A stretch of 64,000 nucleotides of DNA from Dehalococcoidia bacterium (GCA_965261525.1 OZ253472.1:2852601-2916600), one strand, 5' to 3'; positions 36,907 to 47,219 are shown, counted from the stretch's first letter. Program-made: numbers and translations. Notes: generated from the sequence alone by a model not told the origin.

Positions 36907-37842
36907 TTACGAATATCGAATACGTGGGTCAGCCCATGCGTACAGCATATCTGCCACGAAATTCATGATGAGATAGATTATCGTGAAGATGAAGATAGCC
37001 CCGGTAAGCAATGGAAAATCATTGTTGCCGACCGCTTCCACCAGCGCGACCCGACCCAAACCCGGCCATGCGAACACAACTTCCGCCACTACCGCGCCGT
37101 TCATCAGTCCGGCTAAGAGGAGCGCGGACAGCGTCAAGGGTGGTATGAGCGCGTTCTTGAAAGCGTGCTTCCAGATGACCGCCGTCGAGCCGGCGCCCTT
37201 CGCGCGCGCCAACTTGACAAACTCCGAATCCAGAACCTCCAGCATCGCCGAACGCGTGATTCTGAGATAGCCCGCCGCCGCGCCCCAGCCGATTGTGATA
37301 GTCGGCAGAATGAAGTGCTTTATGCTGAACCCCTCTCCCTTGAACGCCGCCGGAAGCAACCCCCAGGTCACAGCGAATATAAGCACCAACATCACGCCGA
37401 CCCAGAAGGCCGGCAGCGCTTGTCCGAACAGCGCGAACCCTCTCCCCAAATAGTCCCAGAAAGTGCCCCGCTTCACAGCGGACAACACCCCCAATGGAAC
37501 CCCCAACACTGTCGCGAACAACCAGCCGGTGAACGCCAACTGGAACGTGTTCCAGATCTTCTCCTTGATAACATCTATCACTGGGCGCTCCGCCAACAGA
37601 GTGCGTCCCAGGTCGCCTTGCATCAACTGCCAAACCCACCTGACATACTGGACGACCAGAGGCTTGTCGGTCCCTAGTTTCTTCCGAAGATTGTCGAGAT
37701 AATCCGTCGAGCCGTATCCCGCAGGCTTTGCGTACAGCAGAACAGGGTCGCCTGCCATCCTGGACAGCGCGAATACGAACGCCGTCGCACCGATGAGCGA
37801 AATGAACACGAAGGCGATTCTGCGAATTAGGAAGGAAGACAT
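36907..37842 (-). CDS. ABC transporter permease (DppB/OppB type), paralog of 30864..31802
   Basis: ORF track, 311 aa. FVKLARAKGAGSTAVIWKHAFKN. Confidence 0.8.
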   Translation of the reverse strand: MSSFLIRRIAFVFISLIGATAFVFALSRMAGDPVLLYAKPAGYGSTDYLDNLRKKLGTDKPLVVQYVRWVWQLMQGDLGRTLLAERPVIDVIKEKIWNTFQLAFTGWLFATVLGVPLGVLSAVKRGTFWDYLGRGFALFGQALPAFWVGVMLVLIFAVTWGLLPAAFKGEGFSIKHFILPTITIGWGAAAGYLRITRSAMLEVLDSEFVKLARAKGAGSTAVIWKHAFKNALIPPLTLSALLLAGLMNGAVVAEVVFAWPGLGRVALVEAVGNNDFPLLTGAIFIFTIIYLIMNFVADMLYAWADPRIRYS

Positions 37843-38039
37843 TTCGTGGCTTTCTTTCTCTAATAGTTACCTATTCTGGTGGAAGTGAAGCTCTTACAGG
37901 TTACTTTATGTCCGCGAAAAAGTATTGAAAAAATATAGCGACACGGACCTGTAAAGAGGCAGAAATGACCTGACCGACTTCTCGTCTGGGCAATCAGTCA
38001 GGCCACTGTTTCATTGTTAGTTGGCCGGTAGTAGTCCAG

Positions 38040-38066
38040 GGAGCGGCGGCGATGAGCCGCCGCTCC
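38040..38066 (-). promoter_or_regulatory. Intercistronic hairpin after the binding-protein gene
   Basis: Perfect 11-bp stem ggagcggcggc / gccgccgctcc with the 5-nt loop gatga. It lies 28 nt past the SBP stop. No U-tract follows. Confidence 0.35.
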
Positions 38067-38093
38067 ACTAGATAATAGTGTGGGCAAGGTTAC

Positions 38094-40184
38094 CTATCTT
38101 ACAGGCACAATGTCCTCAGGGTTGTTCCATGTGGCGAACAAACTGGGATCCATCGGCCAAGACTCGATCTTGTTCGGGTTGAACAGGATCGGAGATGGCA
38201 CTCCGACCACGCCGAAGCTGACCGCATGGTCGAACAGGTACTGCGCAAGCTCGTTGTTCAGCTCGATCTGTTTCGCCGGATCCGGCTCTGCGGCGACCGC
38301 GACCCACGTGTCGGCAACCTGCTTGATCTCAAGACCGCAACCGAAGCCGCCCCGAGTCAGAGAGGTGTGGTCAGCCGACTTCGGCCACTCCCAAGGCCAG
38401 GTGCTCTTGCCGTCGTCGCAGGCGGTAATCCAGGGCATCGTTGTCGCGCGCGCTACGATTGTCGGGCGATACACCGAGTAGGCGTATTTCTGTACTGCTG
38501 TTTTCGCGCCTATGGCATCCCAGTATCCTGAGACCGCGTCGGCGACTGGCACGAAAGCGGAGTTATTGCTGTCAACATACAGCGGTATTTCAAACCTCGT
38601 CCCACCAGAGTAGCCGGCCTCGTCCAACAGCCTGCCCGCCTCTTCGGGATCGTATGGGTATTCCCACTTCGACTGCCACATCGGATTGGTACTGCTGAAC
38701 TGGTTGAGATGTTCTGGGAATCCGAGGCCGTTCAGGATGAATTCGTTGATTTCATCCCTGTTAATCGCTCTTGACAGAGCGTTGCGCACCAGGACCCCCT
38801 CTTGGAAGTCGGTTATAGCGGGGTTTCTGCCCCCATCTGCCGGATCGGGGTTACCTATCCAGGGAAGGTCTCTCATATAGACGGCGGCGGTGTCGAGCGG
38901 CGTGCCGAACAGCACATGTTCGCTCTCCCACAGGTTGCCGGAGAAAACTACCGTAGCGATATTGGCAAGGCCGGTGTCGGCTGTCTTGAATCCGCCTTCC
39001 AGCATACGCGGTATGTTCTTGAGCACGATGGGCGCGGCGTCAATTGCGCCGGTCTCCATCAGCGCGATCTGCGCGTTCTGCTCACCAACTTCCTTGAAGA
39101 TGATCCTGTCCACCTGGGTGTTGGCGTTCCAGTGGTCGTAGGGAATAGCTTCCAGTATGGCCGTGTCGTCCTGTACCCACTCAACCACATGGAGAGGCCC
39201 GGTGCCGATGAAGTTGGTGTCCTTCATTTGGATCTCGCCAACCGTATTGTAGCGATTCAGACTCTGCACGCTGAACGCCTGCGCGGCGTCGTTCAGCAGG
39301 TTCGCGTTCCAGCGCGGGTCGAATATAGGCTCACCCGCCTCGTTCGTGGCGAACGTCACATCCAGCGTCGTAGCGTCAACTGCGACAGCCTCGTTATTGC
39401 CGAACACGGTGGCGAAGTCGCCCGCCTGCCAGTGGATGCTGGCAGTGTTGACCGCGCCGTTGCCGTCGTTGATCGTGAACGCGATGTCCTCAGCGGTCAT
39501 CGGCCCCCAGCTTCCGCCCATGTCGCTCCGGTCGCCAAGACCCTCGCCGTGGAAGATGACGTCGTCCCGGATTGTCAGAGTCGCGCCGTATGGCTGCCCT
39601 GCATCATTGATATTAAGTTCCCACTCCGTCGCCAACATAGGCGCGATCACTCCGGGCGGGACGAACTTCATCGTGACTTCGCCAACGCCCCAGTAGTGCA
39701 TGGCGTCAGTCAACTGCGAGGAGCCAATCCCAACGCCGGGAGGCACATCCGTGATAGCGATACTGATCACCCCGAATTCACCCTCGGGTTCGGGCGCCGG
39801 AACAGCGGCCTCCACGATGATTACGGGAGTCGGGGTGACAATGAGTTGGACCTCCCTCACCACCTCAACTTCGACCTCCTTCACCACCTCGACCTCTTTC
39901 ACAACTTCCTGAGTGACCACGACGGTCTCGCCAGGAACTTGCACCTCTTTCACAACTTCCTTCTCGACCACGATGGTCTCGCCAGGAACTTGCACCTCTT
40001 TCACAACTTCCTTCTCGACCACGATGGTCTCGCCGGGAACCTGCACTTCTTTAATAACTTCCTGTGTTACGATCTTCTCTACTTCCCTGATTTCCGGGTC
40101 GCTCGTGCATGCAATGGCGAACGCCAACGCAAACACAGCGAATATGGGAATCAGTATCCCCGCTTTCTTAGCCTTGCCTAACAT
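38094..40184 (-). CDS. ABC substrate-binding lipoprotein, family 5, with an N-terminal 17-aa repeat linker (paralog of 31975..34131)
   Basis: ORF track, 696 aa. The signal is FALAFAIACTS. About three EVQVPGETIVVEKEVVK repeats follow. Confidence 0.75.
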   Translation of the reverse strand: MLGKAKKAGILIPIFAVFALAFAIACTSDPEIREVEKIVTQEVIKEVQVPGETIVVEKEVVKEVQVPGETIVVEKEVVKEVQVPGETVVVTQEVVKEVEVVKEVEVEVVREVQLIVTPTPVIIVEAAVPAPEPEGEFGVISIAITDVPPGVGIGSSQLTDAMHYWGVGEVTMKFVPPGVIAPMLATEWELNINDAGQPYGATLTIRDDVIFHGEGLGDRSDMGGSWGPMTAEDIAFTINDGNGAVNTASIHWQAGDFATVFGNNEAVAVDATTLDVTFATNEAGEPIFDPRWNANLLNDAAQAFSVQSLNRYNTVGEIQMKDTNFIGTGPLHVVEWVQDDTAILEAIPYDHWNANTQVDRIIFKEVGEQNAQIALMETGAIDAAPIVLKNIPRMLEGGFKTADTGLANIATVVFSGNLWESEHVLFGTPLDTAAVYMRDLPWIGNPDPADGGRNPAITDFQEGVLVRNALSRAINRDEINEFILNGLGFPEHLNQFSSTNPMWQSKWEYPYDPEEAGRLLDEAGYSGGTRFEIPLYVDSNNSAFVPVADAVSGYWDAIGAKTAVQKYAYSVYRPTIVARATTMPWITACDDGKSTWPWEWPKSADHTSLTRGGFGCGLEIKQVADTWVAVAAEPDPAKQIELNNELAQYLFDHAVSFGVVGVPSPILFNPNKIESWPMDPSLFATWNNPEDIVPVR
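39924..40076. repeat. Coding tandem repeat, 51-bp unit x3
   Basis: ggtctcgccaggaacttgcacctctttcacaacttccttctcgaccacgat starts at 39924, 39975 and 40026. Confidence 0.85.
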
Positions 40185-40532
40185 GCTTACCTCCTATTAT
40201 CTGACTCTTGCTATCCGTACGATGGGCAAAGCTCCTGCGCTTGCCCCCATTACAAATAAACTTGCTCCGCAACCCATACGGGATGCCTCACAAATTCATG
40301 CCACACTACGGCCTGTCAACATGCCTGCCAAGCGAATGGGATGCTACCAGAGAGATCATTATGTGTCAATTGAATATCGCCATGTTGATGTGAAATATCG
40401 CACAATGCAACTATATGTTTGAGGAAGAGGATATTTTTCGCCATACGCAAGTCCTAACCTGAGTCGGAGTGTCACTTGCCCACGGCTCCCACTGTTTGTA
40501 AACTCTGAATACTCCACACATCGGGCAGGGCA

Positions 40533-41672
40533 ATGAAGATAACAGGAATCAAGACCAACATATTCTCCTCTCAACACAGAAACGCCAAGCGAAACTGGCT
40601 CATCCTGCGGCTCCAGACCGACGAGGGCATAGAGGGCATCGGCGAGGCTTCGATGCTCTCCTACGACCCGCTCGTCGCCTATCTTCTTGAACAGTGGACG
40701 GAGTCATACCTTGTCGGCAAAGATCCCATGGCGCACGAACTCCACTGGATGCGTATGCGCCAGGACAACGGCGACCGCGGCGGCAGGCTCTTCTCCACCG
40801 CTCTGTCCGGCATAGATATAGCTCTCTGGGACCTGAAGGGAAAGGCTCTCGGCGTCCCTGTTTACCAGTTGCTCGGCGGCCCCATACGCGACAGGATAAG
40901 GGTGTACGCCAACGGCTGGTACACCAACCCCGGCTCTCCTGAACAAAACGCCGAAGAAGCCCTGCGCGTCGTCGAAATGGGCTACACCGCCATGAAGTTC
41001 GACCCATTTGGCCAACACAACTACTACACCATCTCTCCCGAGGAGGCTCAGTTGGCGGAGGACAGGGTCGCCGCCGTTAGAGAAGCTGTCGGTCCCAATG
41101 TCGAAATACTCGTAGAGGTCCACGCCAAGTTCAATGTACATACCGCGGTCCATCTTGGTCAGAGACTCGAGAAGTACAGGCCCTTCTGGTTCGAGGAGCC
41201 GGTCTCTCAGGAGAACGTCGGCGAAATGGCCCAGGTTCGCCAGCGTGTGAACATCCCGATTGCCACCGGCGAGCGTCTTTATCTCAAATTCCCGTTTTAC
41301 GAACTGGTGAAAGCGGACGCGGTTGACATCCTCCAGCCTGATATGTGCAACGCGGGTGGGATAACCGAACTGAAGAAGATCGCCGCTATAGCAGAACCGA
41401 GGCACGTTCTTATGGCCCCTCACAACACAAACGCGGCAGTCGGTACGGTCGCCAGTTTCCATCTCGACGCCGCGACCCCAAACTTCCTGATACAGGAATA
41501 CCACGCCGAATTCTACGAACCCCACTACTTCGAGGTGTTCGACGGCCTACCCCGTCAGAAGAACGGATACGTTGACCTTCCGACCGGCCCGGGCCTCGGC
41601 CTGACTTTCAATGAAGACGTAGCCGACCAACATCCCTATCTGCCGCTCACGCCCGGGGAGAGAGGAATTTAG
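40533..41672 (+). CDS. Enolase-superfamily enzyme (mandelate racemase/muconate lactonizing family)
   Basis: ORF track, 379 aa. GIEGIGEAS, YTAMKFDP, ILVEVHA, FWFEEP, IPIATGERL, ILQPDM. Confidence 0.75.
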   Translation: MKITGIKTNIFSSQHRNAKRNWLILRLQTDEGIEGIGEASMLSYDPLVAYLLEQWTESYLVGKDPMAHELHWMRMRQDNGDRGGRLFSTALSGIDIALWDLKGKALGVPVYQLLGGPIRDRIRVYANGWYTNPGSPEQNAEEALRVVEMGYTAMKFDPFGQHNYYTISPEEAQLAEDRVAAVREAVGPNVEILVEVHAKFNVHTAVHLGQRLEKYRPFWFEEPVSQENVGEMAQVRQRVNIPIATGERLYLKFPFYELVKADAVDILQPDMCNAGGITELKKIAAIAEPRHVLMAPHNTNAAVGTVASFHLDAATPNFLIQEYHAEFYEPHYFEVFDGLPRQKNGYVDLPTGPGLGLTFNEDVADQHPYLPLTPGERGI

Positions 41673-41679
41673 TGGCCGA

Positions 41680-42708
41680 ATGAAAATCCTCGGAATAGAA
41701 ACTTCCTGTGACGAGACCGCCGCCGCCGTCATAGAGGACGGGCGAAACATCCTTTCCAACGTTGTTGCCACGCAGGTCGAGATGCACGCCCGCTACGGCG
41801 GCATCGTGCCCGAAATCGCCTCCCGCCAGCATATGCAGACCATAATCCCCGTTGTCGCAAGCGCGCTTGAGCAAGCGGGTGTTGAATTGCCCGAACTCGA
41901 CGGCGTGGCCGTAACCCACGGCCCCGGACTCGCGGGCGCGCTGCTCGTTGGTGTCAACACCGCAAAGGGCTTGGCCTTGTCTCACAACCTCCCTTTCATT
42001 GGGATAAACCACCTCGAAGGCCACGTTTACGCCGCATGGCTGGAGGACGGCGTTGATCCCGAAATCAGCCCCGGCTTCCCTCTCATGTGTCTGATAACCT
42101 CCGGCGGTCACACCGACCTTATCCTGATGGAAGGACACGGAGTTTACAGGCTGATCGGCAGAACCAGGGACGATGCCGCCGGTGAGGCGTTCGACAAGGC
42201 CGCGCGCGTTCTCGGACTTGGATTCCCCGGCGGCCCCGAAATCCAGAGAGTCGCCGAAAGCGCCGTCGGACTCGAGCCTGATCTGCCCCGTCCCAGGATA
42301 AGAAACTCTCTCGACTTCAGCTTTAGCGGACTCAAGACCGCCGTCCTGCGACGCGCCGAACTCAAAGGAATGTATCCACCGCCCGAAGATGGCGACCTGG
42401 ACCCGTCAGAAGTCGCCGAGGTTGCGCGCGCCTTTCAGGATGCCATAGTAGATTCCATGGTGCGTCGCACCATGGAGGCCGTGAAGAAACACAGCGTAAA
42501 CGGAATAATTCTGGGCGGCGGCGTCGCGGCAAATTCCCATCTGCGTCAGAAGATGGCCGAAGTGTCACCCGTTGAGGTAATAGTCCCGCGCCCGGGCCTG
42601 TGCACAGACAACGGCGCAATGATCGGCGCCGCCGCGTTCTTCTCCCTCGACCGAGGCCGCAGTTTCCAGTGGGACCTTGACGTTGTTCCCAGTCTCCGAT
42701 TGGGCTAG
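41680..42708 (+). CDS. tsaD: tRNA N6-adenosine threonylcarbamoyltransferase
   Basis: ORF track, 342 aa. MKILGIETSCDETAAAV, GGIVPEIASRQH, HLEGH, SGGHT, GGVAAN. Confidence 0.9.
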   Translation: MKILGIETSCDETAAAVIEDGRNILSNVVATQVEMHARYGGIVPEIASRQHMQTIIPVVASALEQAGVELPELDGVAVTHGPGLAGALLVGVNTAKGLALSHNLPFIGINHLEGHVYAAWLEDGVDPEISPGFPLMCLITSGGHTDLILMEGHGVYRLIGRTRDDAAGEAFDKAARVLGLGFPGGPEIQRVAESAVGLEPDLPRPRIRNSLDFSFSGLKTAVLRRAELKGMYPPPEDGDLDPSEVAEVARAFQDAIVDSMVRRTMEAVKKHSVNGIILGGGVAANSHLRQKMAEVSPVEVIVPRPGLCTDNGAMIGAAAFFSLDRGRSFQWDLDVVPSLRLG

Positions 42709-43250
42709 TGCAGAGACAGCCAGTCATCCATGCTGTACGTTGATTTTCTCTTATTCCGGTACACCGAATTGATGAACTCGTACACCTCTTTTGACTCCTT
42801 CTCATGATCGAAGGGCCAGTGTATCTCCGCGTCTCGCGCCCTGAATATAGCCGATGGCCGGCCGCGTTCAGTTAGCCGGTCTATGATCAGGTACGCGCCC
42901 ATTGCCAAAATTACCAGCGGGACGGCTATTCGGCCTATGCTGTGCTCTATATAGGTATAGAGGATGAAGCTCAGCAGTACCGACAAGCCCGCCCAGAGAT
43001 ATGCTCCCACCCCTTCTCGGAAGATGAGCCTTACCGAGACGGATTCAACGTCTTGAACGGAAATCATCATCGTCTGGCGTCTGCGTTTCTCACCGGAGAG
43101 GTGAATGATCCGGTTATTCGTGAGTAGTAGGGCCATGGGTTCTCTGGAACTACGGCGACGCGCTCGCTCACCCACACTCATCGCAGCCGTAATGCGCTCG
43201 CCTTCCAGAAACTCCAACTCGCCCAAGCCGAATTCTTCTAAGTCCAACAA
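42705..43250 (-). CDS. Hypothetical membrane protein (two TM segments after a soluble N-terminal domain)
   Basis: ORF track, 181 aa. Confidence 0.4.
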   Translation of the reverse strand: MLDLEEFGLGELEFLEGERITAAMSVGERARRRSSREPMALLLTNNRIIHLSGEKRRRQTMMISVQDVESVSVRLIFREGVGAYLWAGLSVLLSFILYTYIEHSIGRIAVPLVILAMGAYLIIDRLTERGRPSAIFRARDAEIHWPFDHEKESKEVYEFINSVYRNKRKSTYSMDDWLSLH

Positions 43251-43300
43251 GCCCTCCCGTGGATTTGACTCGCCTTAATCATAGCAGTATTGCGCGCCTG

Positions 43301-44542
43301 TCAATCCTGTCCAATACGGTCGGTGACAATCCTTCCGTCCTGTATAACCAGCCTGACTGACTTGCCCCACTCTAAACTCGCAACGTCCTCTTCAGGATTC
43401 TTGTCCACAAGTATCAGGTCGGCTGCCTTGCCCTGTTTCACCGTTCCCACCTCAGAGTCAATACCCAGGCACTCCGCCGCCCGGCTTGTACCCGCCATTA
43501 GGGCCGATTCAGCCGACAGTCCCGCCTCTACGAGACACCGAATCTCCTCCGCGTTGTTGCCGTGTACCCAGCCCCCCGCGTCTGTGCCTGCCACAATCTT
43601 TACGCCTTCTCTATCCGCCAACTCCAGGCTGCGGATATGGCGCTCGCGCAGCTTGGAAGCCCTCTCTCTGCCATGCGGTGTCCCGCGTTCCCTGTGATAT
43701 ATGTAAACGCTGAACGTCGGTATATAGAACACATCCTTGTCCGCCATCATCTTGGCTAGTTCGGGATCTTCGTCCAGATTCGTGCCATGCTCAATCGAGT
43801 CCACGCCCGCTTCGACGGCCATCCGCAAACCCGCTCCACCCAGCGCGTGACACATGACCCTCCGGCCATGCTCGTGAGCCTCGCTCACGATAGCGGCCAT
43901 CTCCTCCCTGCTCATCAGTAGGTCGGCGGGCCCGAAGTCGGGCCGCGAACTCGCGCCGCCCGTCGTAGCGGTCTTGATCGCGTCCGCGCCCGCTCTCACC
44001 ATCTCGCGAACCTTTGCCCTCATTCCCTCCGGCCCGTTCGCCACTCCGTCCGGCAGGGAAGGGTCGGGCCGACCAGGCGGGTGATGACCTGACGGACTGC
44101 GATGCTCGCCTAATCCACCCGGAGGCGTAATAGCGGACAGTACGACTTGTAGCCGTGGACCGGGCACAAGACCCTGTTCCACAGCAATCCTGAAACCCGC
44201 GTCCAGTCCTCCGGCGTCCCTGACCGTCGTATAGCCGGACTCCAGCGTCTGCTTCAGAGTCGCCGCAACTCTCATATGCCTCGTGGACACCGGCTCCGTC
44301 AGCCCCCACTTTTCCGCAAGCCCGTACCCGAACGAATTCAGATGATCATGGCAGTCTATCAATCCGGGCATCAGAGTCATGCCGTGTCCCTCAACCGCCT
44401 CCGCTCCCTCCGGCGTCCCGATTTCCGCCGTCTTTCCCACTGACACAATCCCGCCGCCGTCTATCAGCGCCGCCATATCATCCCGGGCAGGCGCGCCCGT
44501 TCCATCCCAAAGCCGCACGTTTCTGACAACCAGCATTTCCAA
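43301..44542 (-). CDS. Amidohydrolase-family metallo-hydrolase
   Basis: ORF track, 413 aa. LMPGLIDCHDHL (HxH metal motif), HALG, SIEHG, AGTDAG. Confidence 0.75.
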   Translation of the reverse strand: MEMLVVRNVRLWDGTGAPARDDMAALIDGGGIVSVGKTAEIGTPEGAEAVEGHGMTLMPGLIDCHDHLNSFGYGLAEKWGLTEPVSTRHMRVAATLKQTLESGYTTVRDAGGLDAGFRIAVEQGLVPGPRLQVVLSAITPPGGLGEHRSPSGHHPPGRPDPSLPDGVANGPEGMRAKVREMVRAGADAIKTATTGGASSRPDFGPADLLMSREEMAAIVSEAHEHGRRVMCHALGGAGLRMAVEAGVDSIEHGTNLDEDPELAKMMADKDVFYIPTFSVYIYHRERGTPHGRERASKLRERHIRSLELADREGVKIVAGTDAGGWVHGNNAEEIRCLVEAGLSAESALMAGTSRAAECLGIDSEVGTVKQGKAADLILVDKNPEEDVASLEWGKSVRLVIQDGRIVTDRIGQD

Positions 44543-44665
44543 TACCTCACTGTCGGACTGGTAAATTTCCGCCTCTTATGTTATGACAGTTTACGCATCG
44601 TATGATAGGCCATCTCGACCAACCACGCGACGCTTGAAATTTCCACCAGATTACTGGAGATTGTT

Positions 44666-45718
44666 ATGGAACGTCCGATTCTGAAGCCAATAGGCACGCC
44701 TTCCCAAGAACTTGATACTCCCGCGCTGGTCGTGGATTTAGACATACTCGAATCCAACATCTCTCATTTCCATACTCGTTTTCAGGATTCCGACCTGAAA
44801 CTGCGGCCTCACCTACAATCTCACCTGTCCCCAGCCGTTGCCCATATGCAGGTACGTGCCCCCGGAACGGTGGGCGGAGTCGCGGTTTCGACTTTGGGGC
44901 AAGCGGAGACATTCGCCCAGCAAGGCTTCGACGATATCCTGGTCACCAACCTTGCTGTCACCGGTCCCAAGATTGCCCGGGCTGCCGCGCTCGCGAGAAG
45001 AACCAACCTGAAAGTCGGCGCAGATAACGCTCGTAACGTCGCCGACCTCGGCTCCGCCGCCACATCCGCTGGTTCTGAAATAGGAGTCATGGTTGTCGTC
45101 CGAGACGATAGCCAATTCATCGGCGTACCCTCACAGGATGCCGATGATCTCGCCACCCTCGTACAGGGCGCTCCCGGTCTAAGATTTGCCGGAATCATAT
45201 CCTCAAACTTCGAAGCGCTGCTTGAGGCGGCCTCGCACTGTTCCAACAACTCCATTCAGGCTCCCATAATTGCCCTTACGCTCTCCGAAAGCCAGGACAT
45301 ACCCGCCGCCGCGTCCGGTATAACCGAGATAGTCGCAGGCTCGTATGCCCTCATGGATGCCGCGAGCCTGGACGCCAATCCCGACCTGCGTCCCGCCGCC
45401 AGAATCCTCGCTACCGTCGTGACGCATCAAGACGAGGGTCTTGTATGGCTCGACGCCGGACAGAAGGCTACCAGCATAGACACCGGGCTGCCAAAGGTGG
45501 ATGGAATCCCGGGAGCTTCCGTCAGTCGCATGAGCGCCGAGCACGGCGGCATGGAGCTGGAAGAAGGCGCAAGCTGGGACATTGACCTCGGCAGCAAAGT
45601 CTGGCTCGTCCCTCACAACATCGCCAACACCGTCAACGTTTACGACTTTATCCATGCAACTAGGAACGACAAGCTGGAAGCCATATGGGAAGTGGCCGCC
45701 CGGGGCCGTTACGACTAA
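44666..45718 (+). CDS. D-threonine aldolase / D-serine dehydratase-like (alanine-racemase-fold) protein, paralog 1; the canonical PLP lysine is not visible
   Basis: ORF track, 350 aa. LDTPALVVDLDILESN is followed by LRPHLQSHLSP where the family has RPHxKxHK. The stop codon lies inside the following MITE. Confidence 0.6.
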   Translation: MERPILKPIGTPSQELDTPALVVDLDILESNISHFHTRFQDSDLKLRPHLQSHLSPAVAHMQVRAPGTVGGVAVSTLGQAETFAQQGFDDILVTNLAVTGPKIARAAALARRTNLKVGADNARNVADLGSAATSAGSEIGVMVVVRDDSQFIGVPSQDADDLATLVQGAPGLRFAGIISSNFEALLEAASHCSNNSIQAPIIALTLSESQDIPAAASGITEIVAGSYALMDAASLDANPDLRPAARILATVVTHQDEGLVWLDAGQKATSIDTGLPKVDGIPGASVSRMSAEHGGMELEEGASWDIDLGSKVWLVPHNIANTVNVYDFIHATRNDKLEAIWEVAARGRYD

Positions 45719-45843
45719 GAAACTATCTCAAAACCTGTCGCGGGAAACGAGCCACAAGGCCCAGGATAGCCTCCTCTCCCTTGAGGGAGAGGATTGAGGT
45801 GAGGGCGAAATTCCTTCCGGTTGGGTTTTGAGATAATCACTAA
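45715..45843. repeat. MITE family 2 copy (identical to 60602..60730)
   Basis: ctaagaaactatctcaaaac...cctctcccttgagggagagg...gttttgagataatcactaa. By eye it is identical over about 129 bp to the copy after kinase 2. Confidence 0.8.
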
Positions 45844-45871
45844 ACAGAGCCAACGCTTGAGGTAATAGACT

Positions 45872-46969
45872 ATGACCGCTCAAATCCCCGCCGTCGGAAC
45901 ACAGATATCGGAAATCGACACGCCTGCCCTGCTCGTTGACCTCGACGCGCTCGAACACAACTTCGACCACATAGCCGGGTTATACTCCGACACCGTGTGC
46001 AAGATGCGCGAACACGCCAAGAACATAAAGACGCCCGCCATTCTTCACAAGCAGATAGCAGCCGGCGGCACGGTCGGCGGTGTATGCGCCGCGAAGGTCG
46101 CCGAAGCCGAAGTGATGGTAGAAGGCGGCATCAAGGACATTCTCATCACCAGCCAGGTCGTCACCCCCGACAAGATAGCCCGCGTCTGCTCCCTCTCCCG
46201 CCTCGCCGACACGAAAGTGGCAATAGACGACGAGCGCAATCTCAGGCTCATATCCTCCATATCCGAGCGCAGCGACTCCGACGTGGGCGTGGTGATTGAA
46301 GTCAACACCTCAATGGACAGAGCGGGAATTCGCAGGACAGAGCAGGGGATCAATCTCGCCAGGCTCGCCACCGAACTTCCCGGGGTCACATTCAGGGGAG
46401 TAATGAGCCATCAGTCCATCAGCGGAGACCCGGATCGCGAGACTCGATTCGCTGAAGGCCGTCGCTGGATGCAGATGTGCGTTGACGTCGGAAACGCCAT
46501 CGAAGACGCCGGCATCCCCGTCGAGATAGTCTCCACCGGCGAGACCTTCACGATTGACGTCGCCCCCGAAATGCCCGAAGTGACAGAAGTGCAGGGCGGA
46601 ACATACGCCCTGATGAACACAACCAGCGCGTACATGGAAGACTTCCAGTTCGCGGCGAAAATTCTGACCACAGTCATCAGTCGCCCATCCGACCATATCG
46701 CCATAGGCGACGTCGGATACCGCGCCCTGGCCGCCCCCAACGGAGTCCTCCCCTCAGTCGAGGGCCATGATATAGAAGTCCACTCCCTCGCCCCCGACCA
46801 CATCATACTCAAATCCCGCGACGCCATGCCCCTCGACATAGGCGACCAATTCCTCCTGCTAAGCGCCCAGCAGGACATCCTCGTAAACCGCTGGGACCGC
46901 TTCATCGGAGTCCGAAACGGCCTGGTCGAATCCGTCTGGCCCATCCTTGCCAGAGGCTGCCACCACTGA
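45872..46969 (+). CDS. D-threonine aldolase / D-serine dehydratase-like PLP enzyme, paralog 2
   Basis: ORF track, 365 aa. IDTPALLVDLDALEHN, REHAKNIKTP (Lys retained), GVCAAKVAEAE. Confidence 0.65.
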   Translation: MTAQIPAVGTQISEIDTPALLVDLDALEHNFDHIAGLYSDTVCKMREHAKNIKTPAILHKQIAAGGTVGGVCAAKVAEAEVMVEGGIKDILITSQVVTPDKIARVCSLSRLADTKVAIDDERNLRLISSISERSDSDVGVVIEVNTSMDRAGIRRTEQGINLARLATELPGVTFRGVMSHQSISGDPDRETRFAEGRRWMQMCVDVGNAIEDAGIPVEIVSTGETFTIDVAPEMPEVTEVQGGTYALMNTTSAYMEDFQFAAKILTTVISRPSDHIAIGDVGYRALAAPNGVLPSVEGHDIEVHSLAPDHIILKSRDAMPLDIGDQFLLLSAQQDILVNRWDRFIGVRNGLVESVWPILARGCHH

Positions 46970-47219
46970 CGAAATTGCAAAAACGCGCCCTTACAGATAT
47001 GATAGACACCATGATCAAAGTCGTCCTATCGCTCATTTCCCGTTTATTTGAACGCATTGATTCCGAAGAAAATAATGAATTTCCCTCAGAGGCTTGGACA
47101 TGACTACGCCACAAGCGCAGGACATACCCGAATCCGAATCCAATAGACTATTGACAGACGGCTTACGATGTGGGAGCAAGAATATAATCGCACAAAGTTG
47201 CCCACGATTCGAGATTGAG

